Shown: positions 1 to 11,040 of the stretch, one piece after another
Position numbering within the stretch: position 1 is the stretch's first letter
Layout: every line of letters starts with the position of its first letter
IMG/VR virus record: IMGVR_UViG_3300035396_000186
Coordinates: 18,210-82,209 of that record
DNA: 64,000 nucleotides
Source: a virus
Taxonomy: Duplodnaviria > Caudoviricetes
Reading direction: 5' to 3' (one strand)
Notes under the pieces: generated by a model
Seen by the model: the letters and a program-made list of their open reading frames with translations, nothing else
What the model was told of the DNA's origin: nothing
Database searches by the model: none
Made by a program: the position numbers and the translations under genes

Positions 1-1
1 T

Positions 2-607
2 TGCTCCACCTTCGGCTGTAGCTTTAAGTGTGTCAATAGTTGCTTCGCCTAATTCTTTTCCTTCAGATTTACCAATAGAAGCAAGACCTGATAGTCCTGC
101 ACCACTAATAAGACCTGATGTTGCATTAAGTGCAATTTTATTAGCAGCTATTTTCGGAGCTAGCTTAGTCAATACCTTACCAGCTAATCCAACTCCACCA
201 ACTCCAGGCGCTAATGCCAGTCCAACATTACCGGCAATATCTCCAGCCATATAACTTTTAGGATTAGCTTCTTCAGCAGCCTTATATGCAGCACGACTTT
301 CTTCTAATGATTGTTGACGGGTTTTATCTGTAAGAAGACTTTCGAGTATAGCAGTTCCTTCATCGGCAAATCCTAAAGTTGCACCTTGTGCCCCACCTCG
401 TAATAATGATTCTAGTTTAGATACTTCAGGTTTAGTTTGTTCAGATACTGGTTGTTGAACTTTAGGCATAGAAGACGCAGTTTTAAGATGATTTTCAACT
501 TCATCTAATTCAGAGTCACTTAGTTTAGAATAGTCAATAGGTTTACCAGATTTAAAATGATCTTCAACCATGTCTAAGTTTTGATCTGAAAACTTTGAAT
601 AATCCAT
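2..607 (-). CDS. Internal virion/DNA ejection protein (partial, runs off window start; absent from ORF track)
   Basis: ATG at 607 after GGAG RBS; open frame MDSKFSDQNL...LRGGAQGATLGFADEG..., a Gly/Ala-rich motif typical of podovirus ejection proteins; follows other ejection-like genes. Confidence 0.6.
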   Translation of the reverse strand, partial: MDYSKFSDQNLDMVEDHFKSGKPIDYSKLSDSELDEVENHLKTASSMPKVQQPVSEQTKPEVSKLESLLRGGAQGATLGFADEGTAILESLLTDKTRQQSLEESRAAYKAAEEANPKSYMAGDIAGNVGLALAPGVGGVGLAGKVLTKLAPKIAANKIALNATSGLISGAGLSGLASIGKSEGKELGEATIDTLKATAEGGA

Positions 608-620
608 TATTAACTCCTAA

Positions 621-2063
621 CTATTTTTTATTTCTTCTAGCTCTTTCAGCAGCAATTGCATCAAGTTCGGTTCCGACTGATGGTGTATTACTAGCAGCTT
701 CTTTAGCATAAGCTGACGAAGGATTTATATTACTAATTCCTAAATTTTGTACATCGATTAAGTCGTCACTTTTATATGGCGAATTTAATGCTTTAGCTTG
801 TTTATCGAATGTTGATAACTGATCTTTTAAATCAGCAGCTCTTCGAGCTTTAATAGTTTGAACAATAACTCTCATATTTTTTAAATCGTTATCAGTGATA
901 TTTTTACCAGTAGCTGCTCTATTTATTAATTTATTTAAAGCATCACTATTTAATCCAGTTTTAGATGAAAGAGTTGCCATATCGCCTTCTCGTACAACAG
1001 AATTATCACCTTGAGCAATTTTAGCAAATAACATGAAACCCGTACCAATTTTAGCAGCTCTATCTGCATCATCTTTTGTATTTAGTATATCCATTAATAC
1101 AGCATCAGCATCACCAGCAGCCTTCATAGCTTTAACATTATCAGATTTTTGTATCTCACTTGCTTTGGACATTAAAACTCTAGTATTTACATCATGTTTA
1201 GTATTGTCATGGGAAGCTTTCGCTTCAATCATTTTTTGTTTAGTTGTTTCTTGTGCTATTTCTTTAGAAACAATAGCTTTAGCTATGTCACTAGCTTCTA
1301 CCATTTCAGAATAAGACATACCTTCATATGTTCTTTTTGGATCAAATTGTCGCATTAAAGCTCTAAGTCTAGTCGATGCTGCACTATTTGGATCGTTACG
1401 TTCTTGATCTTTTTGTAATTGTCGTTGCTTAGATTCTTGATCGGATAGTTGTCTAGCATTAGTTACACCAGTTTCACCAATCCCTTTTAATCCTTCAGCA
1501 ACGGTATAATCAGCTTTCTTTCCAGAAAGATCTGAATATATTTTCTCGCCAAGTCTAGAAAATACTGAAGCCATATCAGTATTAGCTTGAGCTTGTTGAG
1601 CTTGACCTAGTAATTGTAATGCAGTTGGTGGTTCTTTTGTAGGATCTTTTGATGGATCTTTTGGAGGTATTATATCTTGATTTATACCTCTTCCAGTTTG
1701 TACTGGTTGAGTATTGCTAACTACAGCTTTAGGTTCAGGAGTAGTATCGATATTTATTGTATTTGCAGTAGTAGGTTTACGTTCAGTAAATGGAACACCT
1801 TGTAACATAGAATAAGGTTCAGCAGCTTGAACACTAGAAGGACTGATATTTGAATTTTCGGAATCACTAGATGATAACTTATTTTTTAAGGCATCAAGAT
1901 TTTCAGCCCACATACCCTTAGTTGATAATCCTTCAGGTCTGAATTGTGCTTCAGCTATATTTTGATTCTCAATACTAGAAGGAGGAGTTATTTCTTCATT
2001 TAAACCAGCTTGAGCCAATTTAAATCTTTCCATTAAATCTTTATAATAGTCATAATCAGCCAT
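621..2063 (-). CDS. Putative internal virion/ejection protein, 480 aa
   Basis: Helical low-complexity Q/A/K-rich protein downstream of tail tubular genes. Confidence 0.55.
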   Translation of the reverse strand: MADYDYYKDLMERFKLAQAGLNEEITPPSSIENQNIAEAQFRPEGLSTKGMWAENLDALKNKLSSSDSENSNISPSSVQAAEPYSMLQGVPFTERKPTTANTINIDTTPEPKAVVSNTQPVQTGRGINQDIIPPKDPSKDPTKEPPTALQLLGQAQQAQANTDMASVFSRLGEKIYSDLSGKKADYTVAEGLKGIGETGVTNARQLSDQESKQRQLQKDQERNDPNSAASTRLRALMRQFDPKRTYEGMSYSEMVEASDIAKAIVSKEIAQETTKQKMIEAKASHDNTKHDVNTRVLMSKASEIQKSDNVKAMKAAGDADAVLMDILNTKDDADRAAKIGTGFMLFAKIAQGDNSVVREGDMATLSSKTGLNSDALNKLINRAATGKNITDNDLKNMRVIVQTIKARRAADLKDQLSTFDKQAKALNSPYKSDDLIDVQNLGISNINPSSAYAKEAASNTPSVGTELDAIAAERARRNKK

Positions 2064-2074
2064 ATATAACTTCC

Positions 2075-3175
2075 TTATGTAGGTTTTCCTAAATTAGCGT
2101 AATAGTTTTCTTGTTCTTCAACACTACCAACATTAGCCGGTGTTGCATTTGATTTAATTGCTGGTGAGCCGGCTCTATCGTAATATCCAGCTTGAGAACT
2201 AGATAGTTTTGATTGATTATATGCACCTATTGCTGCAGGAACTGCTTGACCTAATCCACCTATTATTGTGCCTAATACACTTTGTGGTGCTCCCATTTGC
2301 ATAGTTTGTCCAGCAGCTCCTAATCGAGCATTTGCTCGAGATTGAGCACGTTGCATTTCCCTATCCCATAATGCTCCCTGTTCTTGTTTTTGTCTTAGAA
2401 GTTCTGCGTTATATAAACCAGCATTTTGATTCGATATTTGTTGTTTGGAAGCTAAATTAGCAGCTTGAGCTTGGTTTTGTGCAGCAACATTTCTAGCTTG
2501 AACTTCTCTCGAATTAGAAGTATTCCACTGACTTATTATATCTTCAGACTTTGCTTTATCTGTATCAAAAGCTGTATCTTGTGAACGTAATTGTGAACCG
2601 GCACTTCCTAATTTAGCTAAAGCTTCTATACGAGCTTGAGAACGTAGAGCAGCTAATTCATCTCCACCTTGTGACATTTGATCTGCACCAGCTTGAGCTG
2701 CATTTAATTGTGCCATTAATTCATAACCACTACCAGATTGTCCTCTAGCAGCAGCTTGTTGTAGAATTTGTTGTCTTTTAGCTTCAGTATCTTTACCTAC
2801 CATCTGACGAGTTTTATTAAGAGCTGCCATATCTTGCGGAGATAGACCTTGTTCGGTAATTCCTCTTAATTTATTTAAAGCATCTATTTGAGTTTCTCGA
2901 CCTTCACTTCTCTCTTTTAAATTTGCCATTTCAGAATGTTGAAGGTTAATTTCTTTTTCTAGTTCTGGAGTGAGAGTTCCTTGTTGTTTTAATTCTTCAT
3001 AAATTAATTTAGCACTTAGATCAGGCGGCATACCAACGGCGTCAAGCTCTTGCATTGCTGCACCAATTTGAGCTTGCATCTGTGCTCTAAACTTTTTATT
3101 TTCACTCGACTGCATTAAACCGCCAACAACACTTCCACCAACTCCTGCGGCTAATCCACCAGCTATTGCTGCCAT
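2075..3175 (-). CDS. Putative DNA pilot/ejection protein, 366 aa
   Basis: N-terminal MAAIAGGLAAGVGGSVVGGLM Gly/Ala segment, Q/A-rich coiled coil, position like P22 gp7/T7 gp14. Confidence 0.6.
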   Translation of the reverse strand: MAAIAGGLAAGVGGSVVGGLMQSSENKKFRAQMQAQIGAAMQELDAVGMPPDLSAKLIYEELKQQGTLTPELEKEINLQHSEMANLKERSEGRETQIDALNKLRGITEQGLSPQDMAALNKTRQMVGKDTEAKRQQILQQAAARGQSGSGYELMAQLNAAQAGADQMSQGGDELAALRSQARIEALAKLGSAGSQLRSQDTAFDTDKAKSEDIISQWNTSNSREVQARNVAAQNQAQAANLASKQQISNQNAGLYNAELLRQKQEQGALWDREMQRAQSRANARLGAAGQTMQMGAPQSVLGTIIGGLGQAVPAAIGAYNQSKLSSSQAGYYDRAGSPAIKSNATPANVGSVEEQENYYANLGKPT

Positions 3176-3176
3176 A

Positions 3177-3617
3177 TTATTTTCTCCTGACTAATTGTAA
3201 AAAATTAAAAGTGTACATCTTATCTATAGTAAAGTTGTTATTTAACAAGAACTTAATACATCTACGGTTTTTAATGAATACTGTTAAACGAATAGGTAAA
3301 TTAAAATTGATTAGTATTGAATTAAATATATTTCGTTTATCTTTTCGATATTTCGGATGTATGAAAAATCCAATTAAATGGTTTTCATTTCCAATAAACC
3401 CTTTACCAAAATAAGCGACTAATTTACGATTCTTCATAACTACATAAGTCTTGGTATTTGTTGAAGTTAAAACTTGATGTGAAGATTGAATAGGTAAATC
3501 TACACAATAATTAGCATCTTGATGCATAGTTGTATAGAATTCTTTATCAGTAGGATAAAAGTATTTGAGTAATAATAAAGACTTATCGTATGGAATACAT
3601 CGGTACATATAATCCAT
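3177..3617 (-). CDS. GNAT-family acetyltransferase-like protein
   Basis: LIGFFIHPKYR (motif A-like) and N-R-CIKFL-NNNF (motif B-like); such genes often lie between tail tubular and ejection genes. Confidence 0.55.
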   Translation of the reverse strand: MDYMYRCIPYDKSLLLLKYFYPTDKEFYTTMHQDANYCVDLPIQSSHQVLTSTNTKTYVVMKNRKLVAYFGKGFIGNENHLIGFFIHPKYRKDKRNIFNSILINFNLPIRLTVFIKNRRCIKFLLNNNFTIDKMYTFNFLQLVRRK

Positions 3618-3649
3618 TATAAACTAGTTTTAGATACTAGTCAATTAAA

Positions 3650-5437
3650 TTAACCCGTAATTATGTTAGCTAATCTTTCTTCTTCAGCTTTTGCGGCTGC
3701 AGCATCTTGATCTGCAAATAGTTTGTTAGCACCAGTTTGATATTTACTACGTAAAGCTTCAATTGCTGCCATTTTATTAGCCGTTTGAGAAGCAACACTA
3801 TTAGCTTGATTATATTGATCTGGAGATTGAACTAATTGCATTAAATTACCAGTTCTAGCTAAGTTAGTAGTATCTAATTCTTTCTTAGCATTCATTATAT
3901 CATTTATATATTTACCACTTCGTTGATCTTGATTCATAGTTGAGCCACCAGCAAAGTATTGTGAACCTAGGAGTGTACTTAACATATCTTTATCTTTTGC
4001 GATACCTTCACTAATTGGATGTAATTCTCCAGTCCATGCAGGAACAACATTCCTAGTGCTCTTCATTATTTCAGCTTCTTTAGCTCTATCAATATCAGTT
4101 TGTCTTAAAGTTCTAGCAGCTTGATATGATTCAGTTCCCGAACCTGCAATTTGACCTTGTTTAGTTGGATCTTCTGAAGCTAGTAAATTAACATCAGTAC
4201 CTAAATATTGTCCTAATTGTCTTCTATCTAATTGTGATGGATCAAATCTTGATAAGAATGAACCTTGTCTTTGTCCTAATGCTTCTAAAGCTTTTTGACG
4301 TTGAAATTCATCATTTCTAGCTAATCTAGCTAAGTCTGCTTGATTGTTTAAGTCTAAATTACCAACATCTTTAATAGTTTTAGTTGGATCGAATCCTGCC
4401 ATATCTAATGACTTCTCAGAACCATATTTATATTTAGCAGCAGCTTCTGGTCCTGAAGCTAATGTTCCTTTACCCATAATACTATTTAAGTAATCTTGAG
4501 CAGGTTTAGATAGCTTATTAAAAGCATCTTGAGTTAAAGCTCCTGAAGATAAGCCTTGACCTAATTGTGCAGATAAATCTTTCATACCTTGACTATATTG
4601 TCCAGCTCTAGCTGTTACATCTGAAGTAATACCAGATAAACCTGAAGTTAATTGTTCTTCAGTGTCTGCTCCAAATTTAGCAGCTTCATTTCTATATAGA
4701 TCAGCTAGTCCAGCAGCAGATTTTTCTTTATTAGTAATATCTTGTGTAATACCAGTTAGACCTCTTCTAGCTTTTGATAAAGCTGATTGATCTCCAGCAC
4801 CCATTAACATCGTATCTAGTTTTTGTGAACCTTGACTATATCCTGGACCACCAATAAATCTTTGAACTAAAGCTTGTCTACCACCAGCATCTGAAGATAG
4901 ATTAGCTAATGACTCAAGTTCTTGAGCACGTTGTTTAAGTTGATCAATTCCTTGACCTTTAATTTCACTTAAAGCAGAAGGACCTTCATATTTACCTGCT
5001 CGAAACTTAGAGAACATATCTATTTGTTCTTGATTAGGATCAGCAAGATTTTGAAATTGTTGTGGAGTTTCAGAAGAAGTAGCTGCAGCAGTACTAGCTG
5101 GAGCAGGATTTGTAGCATTCTGTTCATTTAAAGCTGGTTGGTTAGGATTAACATACTGACCTAAAACTTGTTGTCTCTTCGCAGTATTTTCTTGTGAACC
5201 TAGTCTATTTTGTTCAGCTTGTGTTTTGAATTTACCATATTGACCACTAACTGTACCTTTTAGTTCCCCTGATACATTTTGTAAACCTTGACCAACAGCT
5301 TGTCCGATTCTATTATTTCCACTTGCTCCCATAATTTGTTGCAAATTGGTAAAACCAGTTAACTTTTTTTGTGGAGTTACTGGAGATGTAACACCTTGAA
5401 CTTGCTGATTTGGTTGATTGGGATTATTAATAGCCAT
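3650..5437 (-). CDS. Putative internal virion protein, 595 aa
   Basis: Q/G/A-rich helical protein in ejection-protein cluster. Confidence 0.55.
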   Translation of the reverse strand: MAINNPNQPNQQVQGVTSPVTPQKKLTGFTNLQQIMGASGNNRIGQAVGQGLQNVSGELKGTVSGQYGKFKTQAEQNRLGSQENTAKRQQVLGQYVNPNQPALNEQNATNPAPASTAAATSSETPQQFQNLADPNQEQIDMFSKFRAGKYEGPSALSEIKGQGIDQLKQRAQELESLANLSSDAGGRQALVQRFIGGPGYSQGSQKLDTMLMGAGDQSALSKARRGLTGITQDITNKEKSAAGLADLYRNEAAKFGADTEEQLTSGLSGITSDVTARAGQYSQGMKDLSAQLGQGLSSGALTQDAFNKLSKPAQDYLNSIMGKGTLASGPEAAAKYKYGSEKSLDMAGFDPTKTIKDVGNLDLNNQADLARLARNDEFQRQKALEALGQRQGSFLSRFDPSQLDRRQLGQYLGTDVNLLASEDPTKQGQIAGSGTESYQAARTLRQTDIDRAKEAEIMKSTRNVVPAWTGELHPISEGIAKDKDMLSTLLGSQYFAGGSTMNQDQRSGKYINDIMNAKKELDTTNLARTGNLMQLVQSPDQYNQANSVASQTANKMAAIEALRSKYQTGANKLFADQDAAAAKAEEERLANIITG

Positions 5438-5460
5438 ATAGAAACCTCTTTAAAAAGTTG

Positions 5461-5874
5461 TTAATTAACTGCTAGAAAAGTCACACGATAGCTATGTCCA
5501 GGTATTAAACCTGTAATATAACTTATTGAAATTCCATATTGTGTTTGTTCCCAACTAGGAAAAGGTGCGCTATAGAAGTAAGATGCTGGATTTGTTAGGT
5601 TTTCACACTTAATTACTATAATACCAGTAACTTGAGTCATTCCCTCATTTAATTTAAAAGAAGCATTTCCAGTAGGTTTACCATTATTATCTACTATAAT
5701 AGTAATATCTTTAATAGTACTCTGCATATTATCAGCAAATGTTAATTTACGAGATAAGGCTTGGTATATAGCCTCGATACCAGAATTTATGGAAATAGAT
5801 AATTTCGCAATCAAAGCTTGATCATCAGGTTCATAGTCTTTTTCCCACAATCTTTTAAAATTAGGTAATTTCAT
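5461..5874 (-). CDS. Virion structural protein, 137 aa
   Basis: Coupled to tail tubular gene (ATG/TAA overlap at 5874); beta-rich C-terminus. Confidence 0.45.
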   Translation of the reverse strand: MKLPNFKRLWEKDYEPDDQALIAKLSISINSGIEAIYQALSRKLTFADNMQSTIKDITIIVDNNGKPTGNASFKLNEGMTQVTGIIVIKCENLTNPASYFYSAPFPSWEQTQYGISISYITGLIPGHSYRVTFLAVN

Positions 5875-8800
5875 TATCTATATGCCCTTGTGCTAAATGG
5901 ATCTCCAATTAAGTTAATTCCAAATAGACTAAATTTTTCTCTAGCTATAATATGTTCAAATTTAATTGATACATATGTACATCTTTGACAATCTCTTGGT
6001 ATATAAGTTCTTATCGGAGCAGAATGTGATGCACCACCAAAATAATTACTACCGAATAGATTAGATCCGAAAATTCCATTGCCATGTCCATAAAAGTCTA
6101 CTGAGTTAAACATAGGAAGTAAATCTGTTGCAAATGAAACTCTACCTTGTGTAAACTTTTTATCCTCAAAAAATAATTGTAACTCTCTTAAGTGTTTAAA
6201 CGAACTAGGATCTTCCATAACCATTGGAGTATAAATTATCTCACAAGCAATTCCTTTGAATATTGTATATACTCCTAAATAAAAATCTAATGGATCAGCT
6301 AATGTTATTTCTTTAGTTAATCGATTAACATTAGTTATAACAGTTTCTAATGTAGTATATTGAGTAGATGATTGATAATTAGAAAATACCACATATGGAT
6401 CATTATTTAACTTATTAATTATTATATTATAGGCAGTTTGTATATCACCAAATGTCTCACCATAAGGAGATATCAATTGTGTAAAGCTTGTAGGTCCTGA
6501 ATAACCCAAATCGCTATCCAATTTGTTAGCTAGACGGGTTATCTGTGTTCTTATGTTTTGACCTTTTATCATGATTAACGACGAATAATAATCATTACTA
6601 GGTAAACCAAGATCATCGTCTAGCTTTTTTAATGTCATATTAAAGCCGTATACAGTCAATGGCTGATTTTGAATAAATACGTCACCCAATTCGTACTTAT
6701 CTATATCAGTAACTCGTATTTTACCATTTACATAAGCATTGGTAGCTATCGAATAACTATACTCTCTGTCTGCATAGTCAGTTCGAGTAAATGATTTTCG
6801 TTCTTGCTCTAAATATGCCACGTCACCAGCACCTAAATATATTTTATCATCTACAGGATTAATAATACCACAAGTAGCAGTCTTCTCAATTGTTGTCCAA
6901 GAATTAGTTAAATTACTAAATCTCCAGCCCTTAGTAGCATATGTGTCAGAAGTATTACTAACAGAATAAACAGTATACGAATTGTCCGATTCATAACCTA
7001 AGCCCCATGTCGCAGTTTTAAAGTTTGGATAATTAGATGATGCTAATAATAGTATATCAACATCTATTGGTCTAGATATTAGTTGTACGTTAGACTCTGA
7101 AGTCATAACGATACCTTGAGTTGACCAACCATAAACGAAATTATTTGTTACATCTATTGAGTCAGGAGCAATAACAATACAAGAACTATCAAATAGTGCA
7201 ACATTAAATGGTGCGTATTCTCCAGATACTCTATATAATCCATCTTCTTTAAAAACGAATAAACTATCTCTTAAAGGATATATACGAACAATTGCCTTAT
7301 CTTCAGAACCAACATCAAAATAGTTAGGTATCGGAACCGCTTCAGGCTGTAAGTACTTGGAATAATATATCCTATTCTTTTTAATTTCATTTTCAGAAAC
7401 TTGAGCAGTAGTCAAATCTGGGTTAAAAGAAGAACCTGTAGTACTGTTATTTGCTATCATACTAAACGAAATGTCAGATAATGATTTAGCTTCAAAATAC
7501 ATTTTACCAGGAACATCAATTGAACTAGATATATAATAACCATATACTTGTTCAGCAGAATTTTGATTAATTACTCTAACTAATGATTTAGCAGTTAATT
7601 CAACTGCTGTACCAACGGATATTAGATTTGATAATAAAACTTGTTTATTAGCAGCACTTTCTCCGATACCTTGAACTATTGTATAAGTAAATCCTGTTGA
7701 ATGTGGATTAAAATCTGTAGTATAACCTTCAGCAGTACATGATACTTTAATACTAGGTAAAGTAGTAGTTTCAACATTAAAATCTACAACATATAAAGAA
7801 ATTGCATTTTTTGTGTAATCTGAAACTTGATTAGCTGTACTATTTTTAGCTATGATTATCTTCTGTAATATCTTACCATCATCAGGAATAACGGGAGTTA
7901 CTTCACCAGTTACATAATACCAAAATCGATAAGATCTTAAATCGTTTGCTGAGTATATATCAAAGTATTTTCCATTTAAACTAGCATTAACATCTGCAAC
8001 ACAAGTAATAGTAGTTTGTTCTATTTCTCCAATTACAAATGTATATGTTTGAGAACCTGATGAACTAGTTATAGTTAAAGTACTAGTTCCTCCAGTTGAA
8101 ACTTCATCAATCATATTCTGAACGCCAATTAGTGATAATATAGATTTATGACGTGTTTTAGTGTTTGCGTAAAAGATTACATTTTTAAATCTATTTAAGT
8201 CCTTACAAAAAGGAGGTATATCATTCGATTGGGTAATACCTTCACCAGTAGAAGCATTAGTATATAGATTAGCTCCTCGAAATTCATCAGGAGTTATATC
8301 TTCTAAAACTATTTTTTGTGCAGTTAATTCTGCAGGTGTTGGATATGCTTCGTATATTAATTGTAATTCGTCATTAGGTGATAAATCTTGTAAAGATGTT
8401 GCATCTGTTGCTTGAGATATACTTGATCTATATATTTGATAGAAATAATCAGAAGTTATCGCTTCTGGGATAGCGAATTTTAGCAAAACTGTACTTGTTT
8501 GTGTAATATCAAGAATACTAATAAATTCGTCTTGATTAGCAGTTGTAATAACTATACCAGTTAATGATGTATTAGGAGGTTCTTGTTGTAACCTAGCTAA
8601 TATATTATTCATATAATTTTGTATCTCAACTAACATAGCATTAGTTGTAGGTACACCAGGAATAGTAGGTTCTGTAATAGAACGATATTCACCTGATTTT
8701 ATACTAGTACTTACAGTATTAACAGTACCATGTGCAGTTGTTGTAAATGTAATAGAAGTTGCATCTGATGTAATAACGTTCTGAATACCGTTAATATCTC

Positions 8801-9782
8801 CAGCACTACCTGAACCACTAATAGTAAAATTAGTTAAGAATATCTTACTACCTGGTTGAAAATACATATCAGGAGTACTATATCCAGAAGTATTAAATAC
8901 TATATTACAAGTATTTCCGGTTGAAGTTGTTGTAATTGTAGCTGAAGCAATTCTTAACGGACAAGGAGTTCCTGAAGAAGTTCCTGTATCAGTTGCATAT
9001 AAAATATCATTATCTAATTTACTAGCTAATGAAACTAAATTTGTTCTTAATGATGCAGCAGTTGCATTTATTGGTAAATGTAGAGTACTAAAGTAATCTC
9101 CATCTGAAATTCGAGCTGTAGTAGTATTATCAGTAATAAGGTCTAGGTTATATATGATTCGACTAAAGTCTTGAATCATCATGTCCATCATTGGGTTATA
9201 TACAACACTACGTTGACTTGGAGCACCTAAAATTAAGTTATTATTAGCATCTCTTGTTGCCCATACAATTCTATAAGCAACTGTACTATCTTGTGGTAGG
9301 AATGCGGTTTGTGATCCAGCTTTATATAATATAGATGTTTCTAAGTCTAAAGCTTTAACTCCGCCAGCATTTGTAATCTTAGCTGTAGCATATTGTGAAG
9401 GATCTTTAAGTGATAGTTTCTTAATACCATCTGAAGTAGTAAAATAGAAATTACCATTAGCTTCAATTGATTTTATTCTTAACCCAGTTTCAGTTTCATT
9501 ATAAGTACCAGCAAAGTCTGTGAAACTACCATTACCATCATCCCATGCTAATAAATTAGTATAGTGACGAATAATTCTTTGTCTGTATTGTTTTATTTGT
9601 TTAACTCGAAAAGCTGGATCTGATAACTCTGAACCATAGATTTTAAATCCACGTCTAGATTCAATAACGCCATCTCTACGGATAATAACGTTCTTTGCTT
9701 CATCTAATGCTCCAGGCTGTGTAGTTAACTGGTTATTAGAGCGGACTAAACCTAGTGCATTATAAATTGCCTGATTTGCCAT
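5874..9782 (-). CDS. Tail tubular protein B/nozzle (P22 gp10, T7 gp12-like), 1302 aa with insertions
   Basis: N-terminal PGALDEAKNVIIRRDGVIESRRGF, RIYYSKYLQPEAVP, beta-propeller-like repeats, gene order. Confidence 0.7.
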   Translation of the reverse strand: MANQAIYNALGLVRSNNQLTTQPGALDEAKNVIIRRDGVIESRRGFKIYGSELSDPAFRVKQIKQYRQRIIRHYTNLLAWDDGNGSFTDFAGTYNETETGLRIKSIEANGNFYFTTSDGIKKLSLKDPSQYATAKITNAGGVKALDLETSILYKAGSQTAFLPQDSTVAYRIVWATRDANNNLILGAPSQRSVVYNPMMDMMIQDFSRIIYNLDLITDNTTTARISDGDYFSTLHLPINATAASLRTNLVSLASKLDNDILYATDTGTSSGTPCPLRIASATITTTSTGNTCNIVFNTSGYSTPDMYFQPGSKIFLTNFTISGSGSAGDINGIQNVITSDATSITFTTTAHGTVNTVSTSIKSGEYRSITEPTIPGVPTTNAMLVEIQNYMNNILARLQQEPPNTSLTGIVITTANQDEFISILDITQTSTVLLKFAIPEAITSDYFYQIYRSSISQATDATSLQDLSPNDELQLIYEAYPTPAELTAQKIVLEDITPDEFRGANLYTNASTGEGITQSNDIPPFCKDLNRFKNVIFYANTKTRHKSILSLIGVQNMIDEVSTGGTSTLTITSSSGSQTYTFVIGEIEQTTITCVADVNASLNGKYFDIYSANDLRSYRFWYYVTGEVTPVIPDDGKILQKIIIAKNSTANQVSDYTKNAISLYVVDFNVETTTLPSIKVSCTAEGYTTDFNPHSTGFTYTIVQGIGESAANKQVLLSNLISVGTAVELTAKSLVRVINQNSAEQVYGYYISSSIDVPGKMYFEAKSLSDISFSMIANNSTTGSSFNPDLTTAQVSENEIKKNRIYYSKYLQPEAVPIPNYFDVGSEDKAIVRIYPLRDSLFVFKEDGLYRVSGEYAPFNVALFDSSCIVIAPDSIDVTNNFVYGWSTQGIVMTSESNVQLISRPIDVDILLLASSNYPNFKTATWGLGYESDNSYTVYSVSNTSDTYATKGWRFSNLTNSWTTIEKTATCGIINPVDDKIYLGAGDVAYLEQERKSFTRTDYADREYSYSIATNAYVNGKIRVTDIDKYELGDVFIQNQPLTVYGFNMTLKKLDDDLGLPSNDYYSSLIMIKGQNIRTQITRLANKLDSDLGYSGPTSFTQLISPYGETFGDIQTAYNIIINKLNNDPYVVFSNYQSSTQYTTLETVITNVNRLTKEITLADPLDFYLGVYTIFKGIACEIIYTPMVMEDPSSFKHLRELQLFFEDKKFTQGRVSFATDLLPMFNSVDFYGHGNGIFGSNLFGSNYFGGASHSAPIRTYIPRDCQRCTYVSIKFEHIIAREKFSLFGINLIGDPFSTRAYR

Positions 9783-9798
9783 ATTCCACCTATTTTAA

Positions 9799-11028
9799 TT
9801 AGTATCTTCTGTACGGTCTGAATCTATTGTATCTTAGTAAACCATAATGAGCAACAATCTTTTGAGCAGCTCCATCATTTCTATTATCAATTAATTTACT
9901 TTGATTATCACTAGTTTCAGCTAATTTCGCATTTGTAGCCATTAATCCAGCTTGATCACCTTGAGCTGCTAATATTCTAGCACATACTCTATCAACTAAT
10001 ATAGTATGTAGATCATCTGGAATTTGAGGGATTATACATTCATATTGTTCACAAACATAATCACCTACTTTAAATTGAACAGGTATTTCTGATTGTGGAA
10101 ATTGAATATATAAACCACTAATTCCATTACTAGGAATTTGAACATCCATTGCATATAATCTATGACCACTGTTAGTTTGTAGGATATCAACTACCATACC
10201 AGATTTAAAATTATCTGGCATCTTATCGAATCCTAAACTAATATTTGTATCAACATTAATTCCAGCACTATTTGAAGAGAAAGTATATTTCAAATCTGAA
10301 TATTGGATAGTTATTTTATTAGCACTGATTGTTGTTGTAAACAAATTTAGAGCATTGATAGCATTCTGTAAGTTCATAGCTGTTACATCAGAAGTAATAC
10401 CGATCATAAAATCAGTACCCGCTACTAAATAACGAACATTTAAACTTCCATTTGGATTTGTATAAGTAATACTTAGCCAATCACCAATCACTAAAAGTGA
10501 ATTACTAATAGTGATAAGCTTAGTAAAATCTGTACAAATTGCTGCTCTTGAATTAGGAACTAACATATTCGGTCGTAGATAATATGTAAATACTAAATAA
10601 CCTGTAGCTGATACAGAATCGTTACCAGGAACTAAAACTATATCATTTCCTTCATGATAATACGAATAGATATTACTACTATTTGTAGAACCTCTTTGGA
10701 ATATAGATTTATCATCTGGATTGATTCTAACCATTGGATACATATTACCGTTAAAATCTTTAAAGAATAAGTCTCTAAGTTTTTGACCAATAGCTCTTTC
10801 AGGTATAACATAACGATATTGAGCATTCGCTAGAGGAACGTCCATAGATACATTGAAGTACTCTTCATGATATTGAAGAACACTCGGAACTTGTTCACTC
10901 ATCATTACTTCATTAGTAAATGCTAATATATCATCTTCAGTAAACGTATTTTGAGCAATTGGAATAGCAATCTTTCGTTTAACCGAAGCGATTACATCCG
11001 AACTGGTCATGTAAAATTTAGCAGACAT
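9799..11028 (-). CDS. Head-tail adaptor/tail tubular protein A, 409 aa
   Basis: N-terminal helix (SSDVIASVKRKIAIP...FTEDDILAF), YVIPERAIG, C-terminal IPQIPDDLHTILVDRVCARILAAQGD; directly upstream of nozzle gene. Confidence 0.65.
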   Translation of the reverse strand: MSAKFYMTSSDVIASVKRKIAIPIAQNTFTEDDILAFTNEVMMSEQVPSVLQYHEEYFNVSMDVPLANAQYRYVIPERAIGQKLRDLFFKDFNGNMYPMVRINPDDKSIFQRGSTNSSNIYSYYHEGNDIVLVPGNDSVSATGYLVFTYYLRPNMLVPNSRAAICTDFTKLITISNSLLVIGDWLSITYTNPNGSLNVRYLVAGTDFMIGITSDVTAMNLQNAINALNLFTTTISANKITIQYSDLKYTFSSNSAGINVDTNISLGFDKMPDNFKSGMVVDILQTNSGHRLYAMDVQIPSNGISGLYIQFPQSEIPVQFKVGDYVCEQYECIIPQIPDDLHTILVDRVCARILAAQGDQAGLMATNAKLAETSDNQSKLIDNRNDGAAQKIVAHYGLLRYNRFRPYRRY

Positions 11029-11040
11029 AATGTATTCCTA

